Part shown: piece by piece, positions 35,555 through 51,842 of the stretch | Layout: the number at the start of each line of letters is the position of its first letter | How positions within the stretch are numbered: position 1 is the stretch's first letter | Assembly (NCBI GenBank): GCA_002269645.1 | Contig: NIVC01002430.1 | Span: 1 to 64,000, forward strand | Length of the DNA: 64,000 bases | Source: Macrostomum lignano | Taxonomy: Eukaryota | Direction: 5' to 3' | Position numbers and translations under genes: made by a program | The notes under the pieces: model-generated | Databases searched by the model: none | Seen by the model: only the letters and a program-made list of their open reading frames with translations | Told to the model about the DNA's origin: nothing

Positions 35555-36169
35555 TATATGTTGCTGGGTATATATTCACAGTTACAATAAAAAAGATCTT
35601 CATGAAATTCTTGGACGTTTAAGTAAGTTGCAAATAATATATTCAGTTTTTTTTCGATTTATAACTAAATTATATCACTCGCAAAGAATGCGTTCATCTT
35701 TTTTTCGGTAGCAAACTAGTAGGTTTTGACCTTGTACACTATTGTTAATGTCTTTAAAAACAGAATGTTTAAAGCAAAAAAGAATCCGCCCTTAAAGCCT
35801 GCTATCTAGCCAAGGATATCAGATCCACTATGAGCTTTGGCATCGAAGCCTCTGGCCCCCCCCCCCCCCATCTAAGCAATTTGTCTATGAGTCTTGACAT
35901 CTCAGCACCCCCCCCCCTCCCAAAGCCACCTAATATATTGCGGCTATTCCCCCCATGAGTCTTTATAATAGTCAAATAAAAAAAATAAATCTTTTTTCAA
36001 AATGTAACTATCGCCTCTGGCTTTCTACAAGCAGAGCATCTTCACCATGCTTAAAGCTGCTCCAAAATACAGTCCAGCTCGTATTCATAATAGTTAGCCT
36101 TTCCTCTTGCCCGCTTGTGTCTGGCTTTGACCTCTCTCCTTACTGTTCCCTCATTGGCTGAACTAGATT

Positions 36170-36870
36170 GGGTCTGTGTCCTAGACTCAGTTTCGTCCGT
36201 CTGACTTGGCCGTCACTCTTTACTGCTCTCTCTCATTGGCTGAGCCAGATTGGGCCTGTCCCTTGACTGAGTTTCGTCCGTCTGACTTTGCCCTCACTCC
36301 TGTCCTTACTGCTCTCTCATTGGCTGAGCCAGATTGGGCCTGTCCCTTGACTGAGTTTCGTCCGTCTGACTTTGCCCTCACTCCTGTCCTTACTGCTCTC
36401 TCATTGGCTGAGCCAGATTGGGCCTGTCCCTTGACCGAGTTTCGTCCGTCTGACTTTGCCCTCACTCCTGTCCTTACTGCTCTCTCATTGGCTGAGCCAG
36501 ATTAGGCCTGTCCCTTGACTGAGTTTCGTCCGTCTGACTTTGCCCTCACTCCTGTCCTTACTGCTCTCTCATTGGCTGAGCCAGATTGGGCCTGTCCCTT
36601 GACTGAGTTTCGTCCGTCTGACTTTGCCCTCACTCCTGTCCTTACTGCTCTCTCATTGGCTGAGCCAGATTGGGCCTGTCCCTTGACTGAGTTTCGTCCG
36701 TCTGACTTTGCCCTCACTCCTGTCCTTACTGCTTTCTCATTGGCTGAGCCAGATTGGGCCTGTCCCCTGACTGAGTTTCGTCCGTCTGACTTTGCCCTCA
36801 CTCCTGTCCTGTTCTCTCATTGGCTGAGCCAGATTGGGCCTGTCCCTCTATTCTGAGTTTCGTCCGTCTT
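36170..36870. repeat. 84-bp tandem repeat, about 8 copies
   Basis: Unit TCATTGGCTGAGCCAGATTGGGCCTGTCCCTTGACTGAGTTTCGTCCGTCTGACTTTGCCCTCACTCCTGTCCTTACTGCTCTC. Confidence 0.95.
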
Positions 36871-38099
36871 CCGTTCACTTTTATACTTTGAGTACACAAG
36901 AAATGCTTGTTGTTCATTCTTAACCACATGGACTCCTGACTCCTGGGGCCGTAATCCCCGGGGAAGGAAAACGAAATTTAGCTGCCACATTCAATTTGTG
37001 ACATTGCACAGACAAACTCCTGAAAAAGAGTAAATGCTTTGCTTTTTACAACTACTATTTTGAGTGGTATATCTAGCAATTCAGTAATTACATCTAATTA
37101 ATAATTAGACAATCGTTAATTTTACAGACTCATATTTCAGACAATTATTACAATCATTAATTGGAAAGAATATTTTAAATTTTTGCCAAATAGTATTGTT
37201 ATTATGCATGGCATTCATTTTTTTCTAAACCATCGGTTTTTGCCTTTTATGCTGAACACTTCACCGCTTGCACCTGCTGAAGCACTAAATATGAAATTGA
37301 ATCAATGTGCCTAATTGTTGCTTTGGTATCTGTTCAATGTTTACCAGAACAATTGTCAATATGTTTAAAACAAGTTTTTTTCTGTGAAATGAAACAAAGC
37401 AAAAATAGTAATTAATTCGCGCCTGAACTACTTATTACCCGCTCTATATAGTAAACAAGTAGTATGCATAGATTGTTGCAATCGTAATTACGAGCGTAAT
37501 GCTTTTAAAATTGATTATTGAAAACTGCCTTTCTGCGCTTTTTGGAATCGTCATGTTTCTATGATTCTCTTTTTCCTTTGTTTTTTCCTTGCCTTCCTTA
37601 ATTGTTAATTATTTTAAATAATTAGGTATAGTTTTTGTTTCAGTAAAATTATATAAATTCTAACCAGTCCTCGCTTATTAATGTTGTTTTATTTAGTAAT
37701 TATTAAGGATTAAATAAGTATAATTTTGGTAATTAGTTTATACAGTACTAATGCGGCTATGGTCACAGGCAATCTGTTTTGTGGACTGTAATCAAATTTA
37801 ACTTGGCTTTTGGTTTCTTTTAAATTGAACCCTTTTACAGCTGTTGTTAAATAATGGTTTTACATTAGGCAACGGTTTTACCTGTAATAATTTTTCTGTA
37901 ATTTCGAGAGTCGCGAATTTGAAAATATCATTGCTTTAGCTTGGTTTCAACAATTTCATTAATAAAACTGTTTTTCCCGAGTATTGCGCGCTTGCTTCTG
38001 CGCTGAAAAAGTATCACTTATTTGTGTTGAACTTATTTTCTACTTTCAGTAGTGTTTCCATAGCAACCTTCATCCTCTTGTGTTTTGACTAATCCAGAA

Positions 38100-38930
38100 C
38101 CATCAGTGATCCATGGACACCTGATGCCAAAATCCTCAGAATCCTCAGTGATCCCAAGGACACCCAATGCCAGAATCCTCAGGGATCCCATGGACACCCA
38201 ATGCCAGAATCCTCAGGGATCCCATGGACACCCAATGCCAGAATTCTCAGTGATCCCATGGACACCCAATGCCAGAATCCTCAGTGATCCCATGGACACC
38301 CAATGTTAGATCATCAGAATCCTCAGTGATCCCATGGACACCCAATGCCAGAATCCTCAGTGATCCCATGGACACCCAATGCCAGAATCCTCAGGATCCC
38401 ATGGACACCCAATGCCAGAATCCTCAGGATCCCATGGACACCCAATGCCAGAATCCTCAGGATCCCATGGACACCCAATGCCAGAATCCTCAGTGATCCC
38501 ATGGACACCCAATGCCAGAATCCTCAGGATCCCATGGACACCCAATGCCAGAATCCTCAGTGATCCCATGGACACCCAATGCCAGAATCCTCAGGATCCC
38601 ATGGACACCCAATGCCAGAATCCTCAGGATCCCATGGACACCCAATGCCAGAATCCTCAGGATCCCATGGACACCCAATGCCAGAATCCTCAGAATCCCA
38701 TGGACACCCAATGCCAGAATCCTCAGTGATCCCATGGACACCCAATGCTAGATCATCAGAATCCTCAGTGATCCCATGGACACCCAATGCCAGAATCCTC
38801 AGTGATCCCATGGACACCCAATGCTAGATCATCAGAATCCTCAGTGATCCCATGGACACCCAATGCCAGAATCCTCAGTGATCTCATGGACACCCAATGC
38901 CAGAATTCTCAGTGATCCCATGGACAGCCA
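38100..38930. repeat. 33/34-bp minisatellite, about 24 copies
   Basis: Unit GATCCCATGGACACCCAATGCCAGAATCCTCAG(T). Confidence 0.95.
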
Positions 38931-39034
38931 AATCCTAATTAAAACACCTTTACTAATCTCTGCACTACCAAGCTAAGTTACCATTACAAATGCACTTATA
39001 TGCATGTTCTAACAGCAGCAATAAAAGCAACAAT

Positions 39035-39508
39035 ATGGTCCGCAAAATCCTCATCCCAATGGACGCCAGCGAGCACAGCTATCGAGCGCTGCGCTGGTAC
39101 GCCGACAAAATGAACAACCCAGCCGATTCGCTCATTTTCGCTTACATAGCCGAGCCGCCAGCCATTACATACGGCGGCGCAGGAGTCGGCTCCTCCGAAC
39201 TATTCGCCGAAGGTGTCAATCATGCCGTTGCTAGGGGAAAACTAATGGCAGCTGAAGTGCGCCAGCGTTGCACAGAGATGGGAGTGAAGCCACAGCCGCG
39301 TTTCCTGGAACGCCTGACCCACGGCGCCGGCCCGGCCCTCGTGGAGATCGCCGAGGAGCAGGCAGTTGACGTCATCGTCATTGGCAGTCGAGGCTTAAGC
39401 GCGCTTAGACGCGCCTTCTTAGGCAGCGTAGTTGATTACGTGCTGCAGCACGCCAATACCACTACTATTGTTGTGCCTCCGCCGCTGCCTGCTTCGTCTA
39501 AGGAGTGA
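39035..39508 (+). CDS. Universal stress protein (UspA-like), intronless, copy 2
   Basis: MVRKILIPMDASEHS...VIVIGSRGLSALRRAFLGSVVDYVLQHA; collinear with copy 1. An upstream in-frame ATG exists at 38990. Confidence 0.92.
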   Translation: MVRKILIPMDASEHSYRALRWYADKMNNPADSLIFAYIAEPPAITYGGAGVGSSELFAEGVNHAVARGKLMAAEVRQRCTEMGVKPQPRFLERLTHGAGPALVEIAEEQAVDVIVIGSRGLSALRRAFLGSVVDYVLQHANTTTIVVPPPLPASSKE

Positions 39509-40695
39509 ATCGCGTTCCGTGCGCGCTTTCATTTAATATTGCTGAGCGCGCAGCGATAAACAATACCATTTTTAGCTTCATAGCTAGTTGCGCTGGCTTT
39601 TGATTTAGCACGTTTTTAATCCTAGTATTATAGCTGATTGCTTTTATTGCGATATAACATGTACTTCTTCAATGAGGTGGTTGATTTTTATTTTTGTTCT
39701 GATTTCAGATGTGTGTTTAAAAAGACAGAACATCCAGCTATAGATATATTTATATAGCTTAATAGATATTAGAATTCTACCTTGTTAGATTTATAACTTG
39801 ATAGATTGATATCTTGATAGACTGATAGATTAATAGCCTGATAGCTTGATAGACTGATGAATTGATAGCTTGATACGTTGATATCTTGATACTTTGATGT
39901 ATTAATGTATTGATAGAGATCAGATATAATAGATAAGTACGAGTAGATATCAACGCGGGTACATTGATGGATTGATTAATCAAATATTTGATTGGAGTTT
40001 GTAATAATCATAAAAGTTTCCACGCTGACATACTAATTAGAGATCAAGCTGATTTGATTTTTTTAAAAGTTTTTAATTACGTTGAATTTTCTTTTCGTTC
40101 AAGAAATTGTGATTAAATTTGTTTTACGAGTATATTCAAAATGGTGTGCCATATTTTTTCCTCCTACTTCACAGCAGTAGTATTTACACTTAATCCATAA
40201 AAGAAATTTGTTGCACGGTGCTTTGAATTTATTATTCATCTTGTTTTCCATATTTACAATCGTATTTTTTCTGCTATTTTATAATGAGCTGATTTTTAAT
40301 CTCACAAAACAATCCTTGCATGTTCTCTCAGATTTTCAGCGCAGCTGTTAGTAGTATGTAAGGCGAATTTTCAACTTCAGTATTGCGAAGTCTAGCGAAT
40401 GCAAATATATTAGTCTTCATTTGATTTTTTGTAGCGACTTTTTTATTGTTCTGTAGTTCCATTTTAATCTCATTTGATGTTTGAAATCCGCACTCTTCGA
40501 TCAGTATTAGTTGATGCTTTTTTGCTTTTTTTACAAAAATAAACAATTTTCCCGTAGAATGCCATCTTTGTGCTACTCAGTTCTTGTTTAGATTCTTGCT
40601 TCTTTTTGTGGCTTTTTGTGGCTTATAGTTTGTTGTAGGTGCATTAATTTGTCTCTAGCAGTCCGGCTTACGTTTTATTTGTTTCATACCGTTTC

Positions 40696-40768
<73 letters not shown>

Positions 40769-40822
40769 GTGTCTTGTCTGTTTGTCTGTCTGTCTGTCTG
40801 TTTGTATGTCTGTCTGTCTGTG

Positions 40823-40868
<46 letters not shown>

Positions 40869-40994
40869 ATGTCTGTCTGTCTGTGTCTTGTCTGTTTGTC
40901 TATCTGTGTCTTGTCTGTTTGTCTATCTGTATCTTGTCTGTTTGTCTATCTGTGTCTTGTCTGTTTGTCTATCTGTGTCTTGTCTGTTTGTCTG
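40696..40994. repeat. (TCTG)n-derived complex microsatellite, left part
   Basis: Same TGTCTTGTCTGTTTGTCTATCTG units as 51013-51842; interrupted by the transposon. Confidence 0.95.
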
Positions 40995-41879
40995 CCCGGT
41001 GCAAAAAGCTGCGTCTAGCGGACGTCTTTCGGACCATGTTGGGTCCTCAAAGGGGTCGCGTCAGCTTTGGGAAAAAAACACGAATTTTCACCTTAAACCA
41101 CTGCAAAAGGTCAGATTGCAATTACTAAATGGTTAGAAAGTTTGTTAATGATGAACTTTTGTGGGTCCGTTTTTAGTCTGATTTCGTCCGTTTAGATCCG
41201 ACCTAATTTTTTTAATTACTTTCGATCGCTGCATCAGTGCTTATAATTTGTCAAGATTTCGCTTAGTTTAAGATTTATTTCTGAATATTAAACACATATT
41301 GTAATCACTTGGATAGTCTGTTTTAAACTGACATGTACCCCCAAAAATGACCTTTTTCATTTCTATAGCTAATTTTGCTACTTACAACAGTAGAGCAGGT
41401 AGTAAAATGTGTTTTTAAAATAAGTTAAGCGCCTAAGAAAGCAGATTGGAGTTGCAATTGCAATTGCAAATTTTCTAAATTGGAGTTTGGTTAATTTTCC
41501 GGAATTCAGTAGAAATTTTATAGGTTCTTTGTTGTCAGTATTGAATGAATTGAATTTGACAAACCATTACCTCTTTTGTTTCAGTATTGGTCACATTTTT
41601 ATATTAGCCCTAATTCAATATTAGGGCCTCAAGTAATCATGCTGTACGTACTACTGTTAGCAGCAGTGCAGCGACAATAAATGTTCTGAATTTACACTCG
41701 TAATTAGGCGAGAATATACTGCAGTATTAGGTAAGGCTTTTATCAACAAATTTATCTTCTTTGAAGTGTGTTGGAAATTTGAAATCAATTGGTTAACTTT
41801 GTAAGAACTCCATATATTTATTGAAGAACGAGTTGGGACTCATGAATTAGCTCTATATTTTCAAAGAATTTTTAGACAA

Positions 41880-42830
41880 TGAGACAGTGGGAGACAGCAG
41901 GAGAAGACAGTGGGAGACAGCAGGAGAAGACAGTGGGAGACAGCAGAGAAGACAGTGAGAGACAGCAGAAGACAGTGAGAGACAGCAGAGAAGACAGTGA
42001 GAGACAGCAGGAGAAGACAGTGAGAGACAGCAGAAGACAGTGAGAGACAGCAGAGAAGACAGTGAGAGACAGCAGGAGAAGACAGTGAGAGACAGCAGAA
42101 GACAGTGAGAGACAGCAGAGAAGACAGTGAGAGACAGCAGGAGAAGACAGTGAGAGACAGCAGAAGACAGTGAGAGACAGCAGAGAAGACAGTGAGAGAC
42201 AGCAGGAGAAGACAGTGAGAGACAGCAGAAGACAGTGAGAGACAGCAGAGAAGACAGTGAGAGACAGCAGAGAAGACAGTGAGAGACAGCAGAAGACAGT
42301 GAGAGACAGCAGAGAAGACAGTGAGAGACAGCAGGAGAAGACAGTGAGAGACAGCAGGAGAAGACAGTGAGAGACAGCAGAAGACAGTGAGAGACAGCAG
42401 AGAAGACAGTGAGAGACAGCAGGAGAAGACAGTGAGAGACAGCAGAAGACAGTGAGAGACAGCAGAGAAGACAGTGAGAGACAGCAGGAGAAGACAGTGA
42501 GAGACAGCAGAAGACAGTGAGAGACAGCAGAGAAGACAGTGAGAGACAGCAGAGAAGACAGTGAGAGACAGCAGAAGACAGTGAGAGACAGCAGAGAAGA
42601 CAGTGAGAGACAGCAGGAGACAGTGAGAGACAGCAGAGAAGACAGTGAGAGACAGCAGAAGACAGTGAGAGACAGCAGAGAAGACAGTGAGAGACAGCAG
42701 GAGAAGACAGTGAGAGACAGCAGAAGACAGTGAGAGACAGCAGGAGAAGACAGTAGGAGACAGCAGAGAAGACAGTGAGAGACAGCAGAAGACAGTGAGA
42801 GACATCAGAGAAGACAGTGAGAGACAGCAG
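41880..42830. repeat. Composite 20/22/23-bp satellite inside the transposon
   Basis: GAGACAGCAG(G)(AG)AAGACAGTGA variants recurring as a roughly 65-bp higher-order triplet. Confidence 0.95.
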
Positions 42831-44892
42831 GAGAAGAAGGAACAGGAAAGGAAAGCAATACTGAATTTGCTAAAGACAGGGGGGCCGAATGCCGGAGACT
42901 GCCGAACCCTTGCTATAGACCCCAGAGGAGTCTCTTTGTTCTATATAAAATATGGCCTGCCCGCATGAAAAATCAACACAAAAGGTTCTTCCCCCAATGT
43001 CCCGATACGTGGGACTGAAGGCCACAAAAATTATAGCATGTCCAGCAAAGCCTAATCATGCAGAAATACAAGCGTGGGCCGGCTTTGTATCGATCGAGGG
43101 GTGAGCGAACCAGTTTTTATGATCCTAAAGTTTTTTTCTACTTTACTTTACCAGTCTATATTGTATATGAGCATGGATATGGAGATGATGGTTCTCACAG
43201 AATTGAAACCCTGTATCTCTTTACTTCTTCGAAAAAATCAAACTAAGGTTCACGTTTATATTCCCTTGGTTTATTTCAAGCAATGTTTTATTGCCTCTGC
43301 TTTTTTGTACTTCTTTTTCATATGTCCTCTCGCTCTCTGCTTCTATTAGCTATTCCTCTCACTCCCTTCCAAACCTGTCTACTCTCCCTCTCTCCCTTTT
43401 TTCACTATGTCCTTCCCTCTACCTTTTATTTTCTAATGTCTCCTCTCTCTCCCTCTGTTTTCTCGAGTTTTGTCTGTTTCTCTGCTTTCTACATATTAAC
43501 TGCTCCATGTAGTCACCAGGCGAAAGAATAGATAAAAATCAGGCAAAATTTACATGCATATAGTTTCTGTCCCGATTGAGTTATGAAGTTGAGACTCCAT
43601 GCTTAGACAGAGAGCATGTCAAGGCGCAGTTTAGTTAAGTTTGAAATGCGAAGCAAAATAATTAAAGGGAAGGAAAGAGCGGAGGGGGGCTAGTTTGGGT
43701 TGGGTTGGGTAGTTGTTGCCCCAACGGACTTACTTTGAACTTACTGAAAAGTTAGTTCAGTTATTCGATCGACTAGTTCTCAACACTAGTTCTCTTAAAT
43801 TGAAATAATTTTACAGTCGTTAATTCTAAAATTATTGACAAAAACTCGATAAAAATGACAATAAATGAACTAACTTTGCTTTCAGAAAAAAAGCTCTTGA
43901 GGGCGCGCTGATTGAGTTCGACTTCGATCTATCTGTAGTGTGATTTGGGAATTTTAGTTGGCCTCTCTATTCAGGGATTGGCGCAGCAAAGGAGCGACAG
44001 GCGACCCCAGAAAATGCAAGGGAATACGAAAGTAGTATATTTTTGATACTGTACAGGCCCACTCCCTCCACTCCCCAAGGGATTCGAATTTCCGGCTGCG
44101 CCAAGTATGTTGTTACATTTCTGTTCCATTGGTGAAAGCAGTGAACTGAACTACAATCTAGATTAAAAGTCATATGGTAGTTTACTTTATGGGAGACTGA
44201 GTTGGACAGAAAAGGAACCACTTCAAAGGCTTCTTTGGATACTGATAGCAAACAAGCGGGCAGTGTTGGTAGGGAAGTATGTACATGTATCAATTTCATT
44301 TCGAACTGAATTGCGAGGGATGTTGTGTGTAAAGAAGCAAATGAAAGCCTCTCGAGCCTCTCCTTCCGATATTTTTATACCAGCTGCCTCCTGTCTAGTC
44401 ACTCATACCCTCAATAACAAAGAGCTTTTTCGAGCCTCTTCGTTTGATCCAGGGTTCACATACCAATGTATAGAATAGGTCCTACGATTTTTATAAGCTA
44501 CAGCTATAAATATTGATTTTGTTACAAAGGCATTCAACGAAGCAGTGGGAAAAGCAGAGCAAAGAAAAGCAGTCTGGCGTTCTCGAGGTTTCAGTCTGTC
44601 TGTGTATCTATATTGCCAGTTCACCACAGTGGCATAAGCGACTTCTTATTTTTTTCGGCAGACGCATGCGAGGCGGAGTCAAGAAATCATAGCAGCTGAT
44701 TAATGTCACAACAGCTGTGGGAAACTATATTCGCTTCAGTTTGTTAAGCAATACACCTGTCTATTTAATTGAAAATCGAGCTATGAGCAGTTGGAGTAGG
44801 TGCTGTTCCTGTAGGTACAAGCAATCTTACTGGCATACAGTGGATTCGATAGGTGTGCACCGCAGATATACAAGAAAAAGTAATCCACTTGT

Positions 44893-47766
<2,874 letters not shown>

Positions 47767-48072
47767 TTTGTAAAGACTGAGATGTTGGTGCAAGAATTCC
47801 AATTAATTGAAACGTAACAGTCGAATACTAACTAATAGTAGAAGCTTTGTCTTTAACTAAACAAACTTACTTTACGAACTCGTAAAGTGGTGAGCCAATT
47901 GGAATTCAGTTTTTGGTTTCAATGGACCTCGGAATTTGCCAAACGACGGGATTGGTTACGCGGAGCAGAGAGCCAAATGAGGAAGAAAAATAGCTTTAAA
48001 TTGGCATAGAAAGACGTTATACTCAGGGATTCGTGTTTCATTTTTAAGCTGAATTTGTTTTCTCCCAAGACA

Positions 48073-50351
48073 ATGACACGATACATAGTTTTCTTTATCG
48101 AGGACAGCCAAATTGTTGAAAGGTCGGAGGAGGAGGTTAAGCTGGACAGCGAATATTCAAGTTTTGCTAGCGAGGACTGGACAGCTTTAAATGATTCGAA
48201 CCGCTACTCTCTGAGCCCAATACATGTTAGGGCTGAGTACCAAGGCGAATGGTACGACGCTGTTGTTCTGCAAGTGTTGCTGGATCCTGAAACAGATTCG
48301 GACCCAACAGTCTACATGCTACGTCAAATGGTGGCTGAGAAGAAAAAACGACTTGAGAGTTTGCTCAAAACTATCGCTCGAGTCAACATTGGAAGACGAA
48401 ATAACTTCCCACCATTGAATGTAAGTAAGCTTATATGGAATATATGCTATATTTTGGGAGATCTAAACAAATGGTTTGATGAGCATATTCGAAAGGATAT
48501 GGAAACAGACTTCGGAAAAATATGTTTGGGGTATCCAAGAAGGTTTAGAAGAAGCATTTTGATATACTGAAATATTCAATAGTTTGAAATAATCTAATGA
48601 TACGATATTAGTAGCACGAGCAAAAATAATAATGAATAATTTCAAATTATCTTTAAAAGTCGCTCGCAAATCCTAAATCTGCATTTCAGATGGTCAATAC
48701 TTCTGATAGTGAGACGGACATTGGCCGCGTGGCTCAAAAAGAACAGAGGCAGCCTTTGACCAGCAGAGGCAGCAGACCAAGACTGCCTCAAATCAGCGAA
48801 TTCGTGCCAACCACCACGCCGCCACAGAGACAAGATTTAAGGGCTGCAGTAAGAGAGGCTCAGAAAAATGTCTGTTTAGAGGAATCGACTCCTCGGTCGT
48901 CAGCCACTGCATCTGCGAACCAAATCTCGACGGTCCCAAAGACTCCAGAGCTGCCAGTGGCCCACAACACAGCACCACTCGTCGATCAGCAGCATTCGGC
49001 TGTCGATTTATCTCACCAACCGTCAGACTTAGAGGAGACAATCATCAGCCCCGCATTGATTCGTGGCATTCAAAAGCAATTGGCGGATGCTGGTATTAAC
49101 CCTGAGTCGCTGACGGCTGTGGCGCATCTGGCAATGCTGGATACACGGCAACAGCGTGCCGTCGAGTCCCGGATCAGGCGCTTTGAGGATTCTATTACGA
49201 CAGCTATAGAGGGACTTGTGGCACAGGTTGCTTCTCTGGAAAGGCGCATCAATCAACAACAAGTGCCAGCAGCCGCAGGCGGTCCACGACAAAATTGGAA
49301 AACGATCGATTCTTGGCCTCTGTACATTCGTTTTATTACTTCGCCAAGCTTCAGAAACGAACTGGTAAGAGAAAAAAGTGCATTTTCATTCATTTTGTTG
49401 TCAGTAATTTCTGTGGCCCTACTTTTGAACTTAATAAACAGATGATAATAAAAATATAAATAAACATGAAACATGATTTAAAAAATATCAATACATACAT
49501 AATTCCTCTCACGATCTCCATACACTCAAAATCCTTTCACATCACAGGCTCCGAGTCTCCGAGGCTGTCGATGCGCATCAGTGCATGACACATGCTTGCG
49601 CATGCTTAGCAAGTGCCTCTCTGATGCAATGCAGCAAGTGGTGAATTGGTCAGGTCGCAACATGGCTGAGCGGTGCAAGAGTGAGCTGCCGTCTATAGAA
49701 GTTACGGATTCAGCACTGGCTTTTAAAAATGCCATGGATGTATTTCAAGGTAAGGTAGCGAATTATTCGATCATTCTAGAGGTTTTAGAATATGTGGGAA
49801 ACGATCCTAAAACATGGTCCATACTCGATATATTCGAGTATACTCGATATAGAGTGCTATTTGGGAAAAAAGGATATTTTAATTCTATTATTCAAACTTT
49901 AATTCTAATATTCAAACTTTAATTCTAATATTCAAACTTTAATTCTAATATTCAAACTTTAATTCTAATATTCAAACAGGAGATATAGAATGCAGAGTGG
50001 GCAAAACGAAACAAAATTTACAGTTAAACAGTTTCGAAAAGAGTGCTATTGAAAATTCCTTTTCTACTACTAAGAGTAGCAAAAGAACGAAACTTAATTT
50101 GCTGTATGAGTGACACAAAAAATTATACAAATTTTTCTACCACAGACGCTATCGTGCTCATCTACCCGGATGAGAAATCGAGGCCATCAGAACAGGCCGT
50201 CGAGAAAGAAATGGCGCGCATCCTAAAGCATGCTGCTGAGAGGTGTGCGGCTCGCCGGAAGCGGCTGTCGCTTCCAGTCTCTGCTGCTGCTGCTGAGTTT
50301 TCGCACCAAGCGCGAAGACCCCGACTTTTGTCGTCATCCAGTGACGAATAA
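48073..50351 (+). CDS. Transposon accessory protein (ORF2), 4 exons, 476 aa; C-terminus DUF4806/BEN-like
   Basis: Exons 48073-48420, 48690-49364, 49548-49749 and 50146-50351 sum to 1431 nt (477 codons), GT-AG, phases 0, 0, 1. Motifs LS..MQQVVNWSGR and EKEMARILKHAAER recall DUF4806; a coiled-coil lies before them. Confidence 0.75.
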
Positions 50352-51012
50352 GTAATTTATCTTAAAACTTTTTTAACATCAAAGCATTAATAGTTCACTG
50401 CTGACTTCTCCAAGCAGTTTTTTAAGTATTTTACAATATTTTCTGCGCGTTACTGGTAGTAACACTAGTAATTATAAAATGTCGCGTTTTCCCCATTTTG
50501 TGCTGAAGCTTTTATTATAAAACACTCCTATATTTACTTGAATACTTTGAACTCTTGTGCTTTTTAATAACATTTAGTTCGACTTACTTTTTTAACTAAG
50601 TATTTTGAACTTCAGGCTGCTTTACTTTCTTTGTTTAATTACTTAACTTTTAATTGTTTCATTTAATTTTCACGAATTTTTTATCTTGCTCGAAAACTAA
50701 CAGGAAATTTTTGCAATTTGTATAAGGCTAAGTACAAATTTAAATATACTAAACTTACAATAAAGCAACAATGAAGCAGTAAAATTTGAGCAACAATTAA
50801 GCCATTTTAATTTTCTGCTTTCGACATTCGAGTCCTTAATATCTTTAAATGTCTACTCATAATAGTATATATAGCGCAAAAATCTGTCGGTCCTAAAACC
50901 GTCCGAAATTTTCGTTTTGTCAGCGTCTGCATGACCATATTCGGACGTACATACGGGGTACTTGTGGACGATGATAATTTGACGTCCGTCAGACGCAACT
51001 TTTTACACCGGG

Positions 51013-51345
51013 TGTCTGTGTCTTGTCTGTTTGTCTATCTGTGTCTTATCTGTTTGTCTGTCTGTGTCTTGTCTGTTTGTCTGTCTGTGTCTTGTCTGTT
51101 TGTCTATCTGTGTCTTGTCTGTTTGTCTATCTGTGTCTTGTCTGTTTGTCTATCTGTGTCTTGTCTGTTTGTCTGTCTGTGTCTTCTCTGTTTGTCTATC
51201 TGTGTCTTGTCTGTTTGTCTATCTGTGTCTTGTCTGTTTGTCTATCTGTGTCTTATCTGTTTGTCTATCTGTGTCTTGTCTGTTTGTCTATCTGTGTCTT
51301 GTCTGTTTGTCTATCTGTGTCTTATCTGTTTGTCTATCTGTGTCT

Positions 51346-51382
<37 letters not shown>

Positions 51383-51551
51383 ATCTGTGTCTTATCTGTT
51401 TGTCTGTCTGTGTCTTGTCTGTTTGTCTATCCGTGTCTGTCTGTTTGTCTATCGGTGTCTTGTCTGTTTGTCTGTCTGTGTCTTGTCTGTTTGTCTGTCT
51501 GTGTCTTGTCTGTTTGTCTATCCGTGTCTGTCTGTTTGTCTATCGGTGTCT

Positions 51552-51594
<43 letters not shown>

Positions 51595-51842
51595 GTCTTG
51601 TCTGTTTGTGTATCTGTGTCTTGTCTGTTTGTCTGTCTGTGTCTTGTCTGCCTGTCTGTCTGTCTGTTTGTATGTCTGTCTGTCTGTGTCTTGTCTGTCT
51701 GTCTGTGTCTTGTCTGTTTGTCTATCTGTGTCTTGTCTGTCTGTCTGTCTGTCTGTGTCTTGTCTGTTTGTCTATCTGTGTCTTGTCTGTTTGTCTATCT
51801 GTGTCTTGTCTGTTTGTCTATCTGTGTCTTGTCTGTCTGTCT
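51013..51842. repeat. (TCTG)n-derived complex microsatellite, right part
   Basis: Continuation of 40696-40994 across the transposon. Confidence 0.95.

Noticed and set aside
36206-38827. Repeat-protein ORFs in the 84-bp and 33-bp arrays
   Set aside because: Open on both strands because the unit length is a multiple of 3; no unique coding flanks.
44263-44478. Kinase-like fragment (VGKY…CVKKQMK)
   Set aside because: No GxGxxG, HRD or DFG motif found; resemblance too weak.
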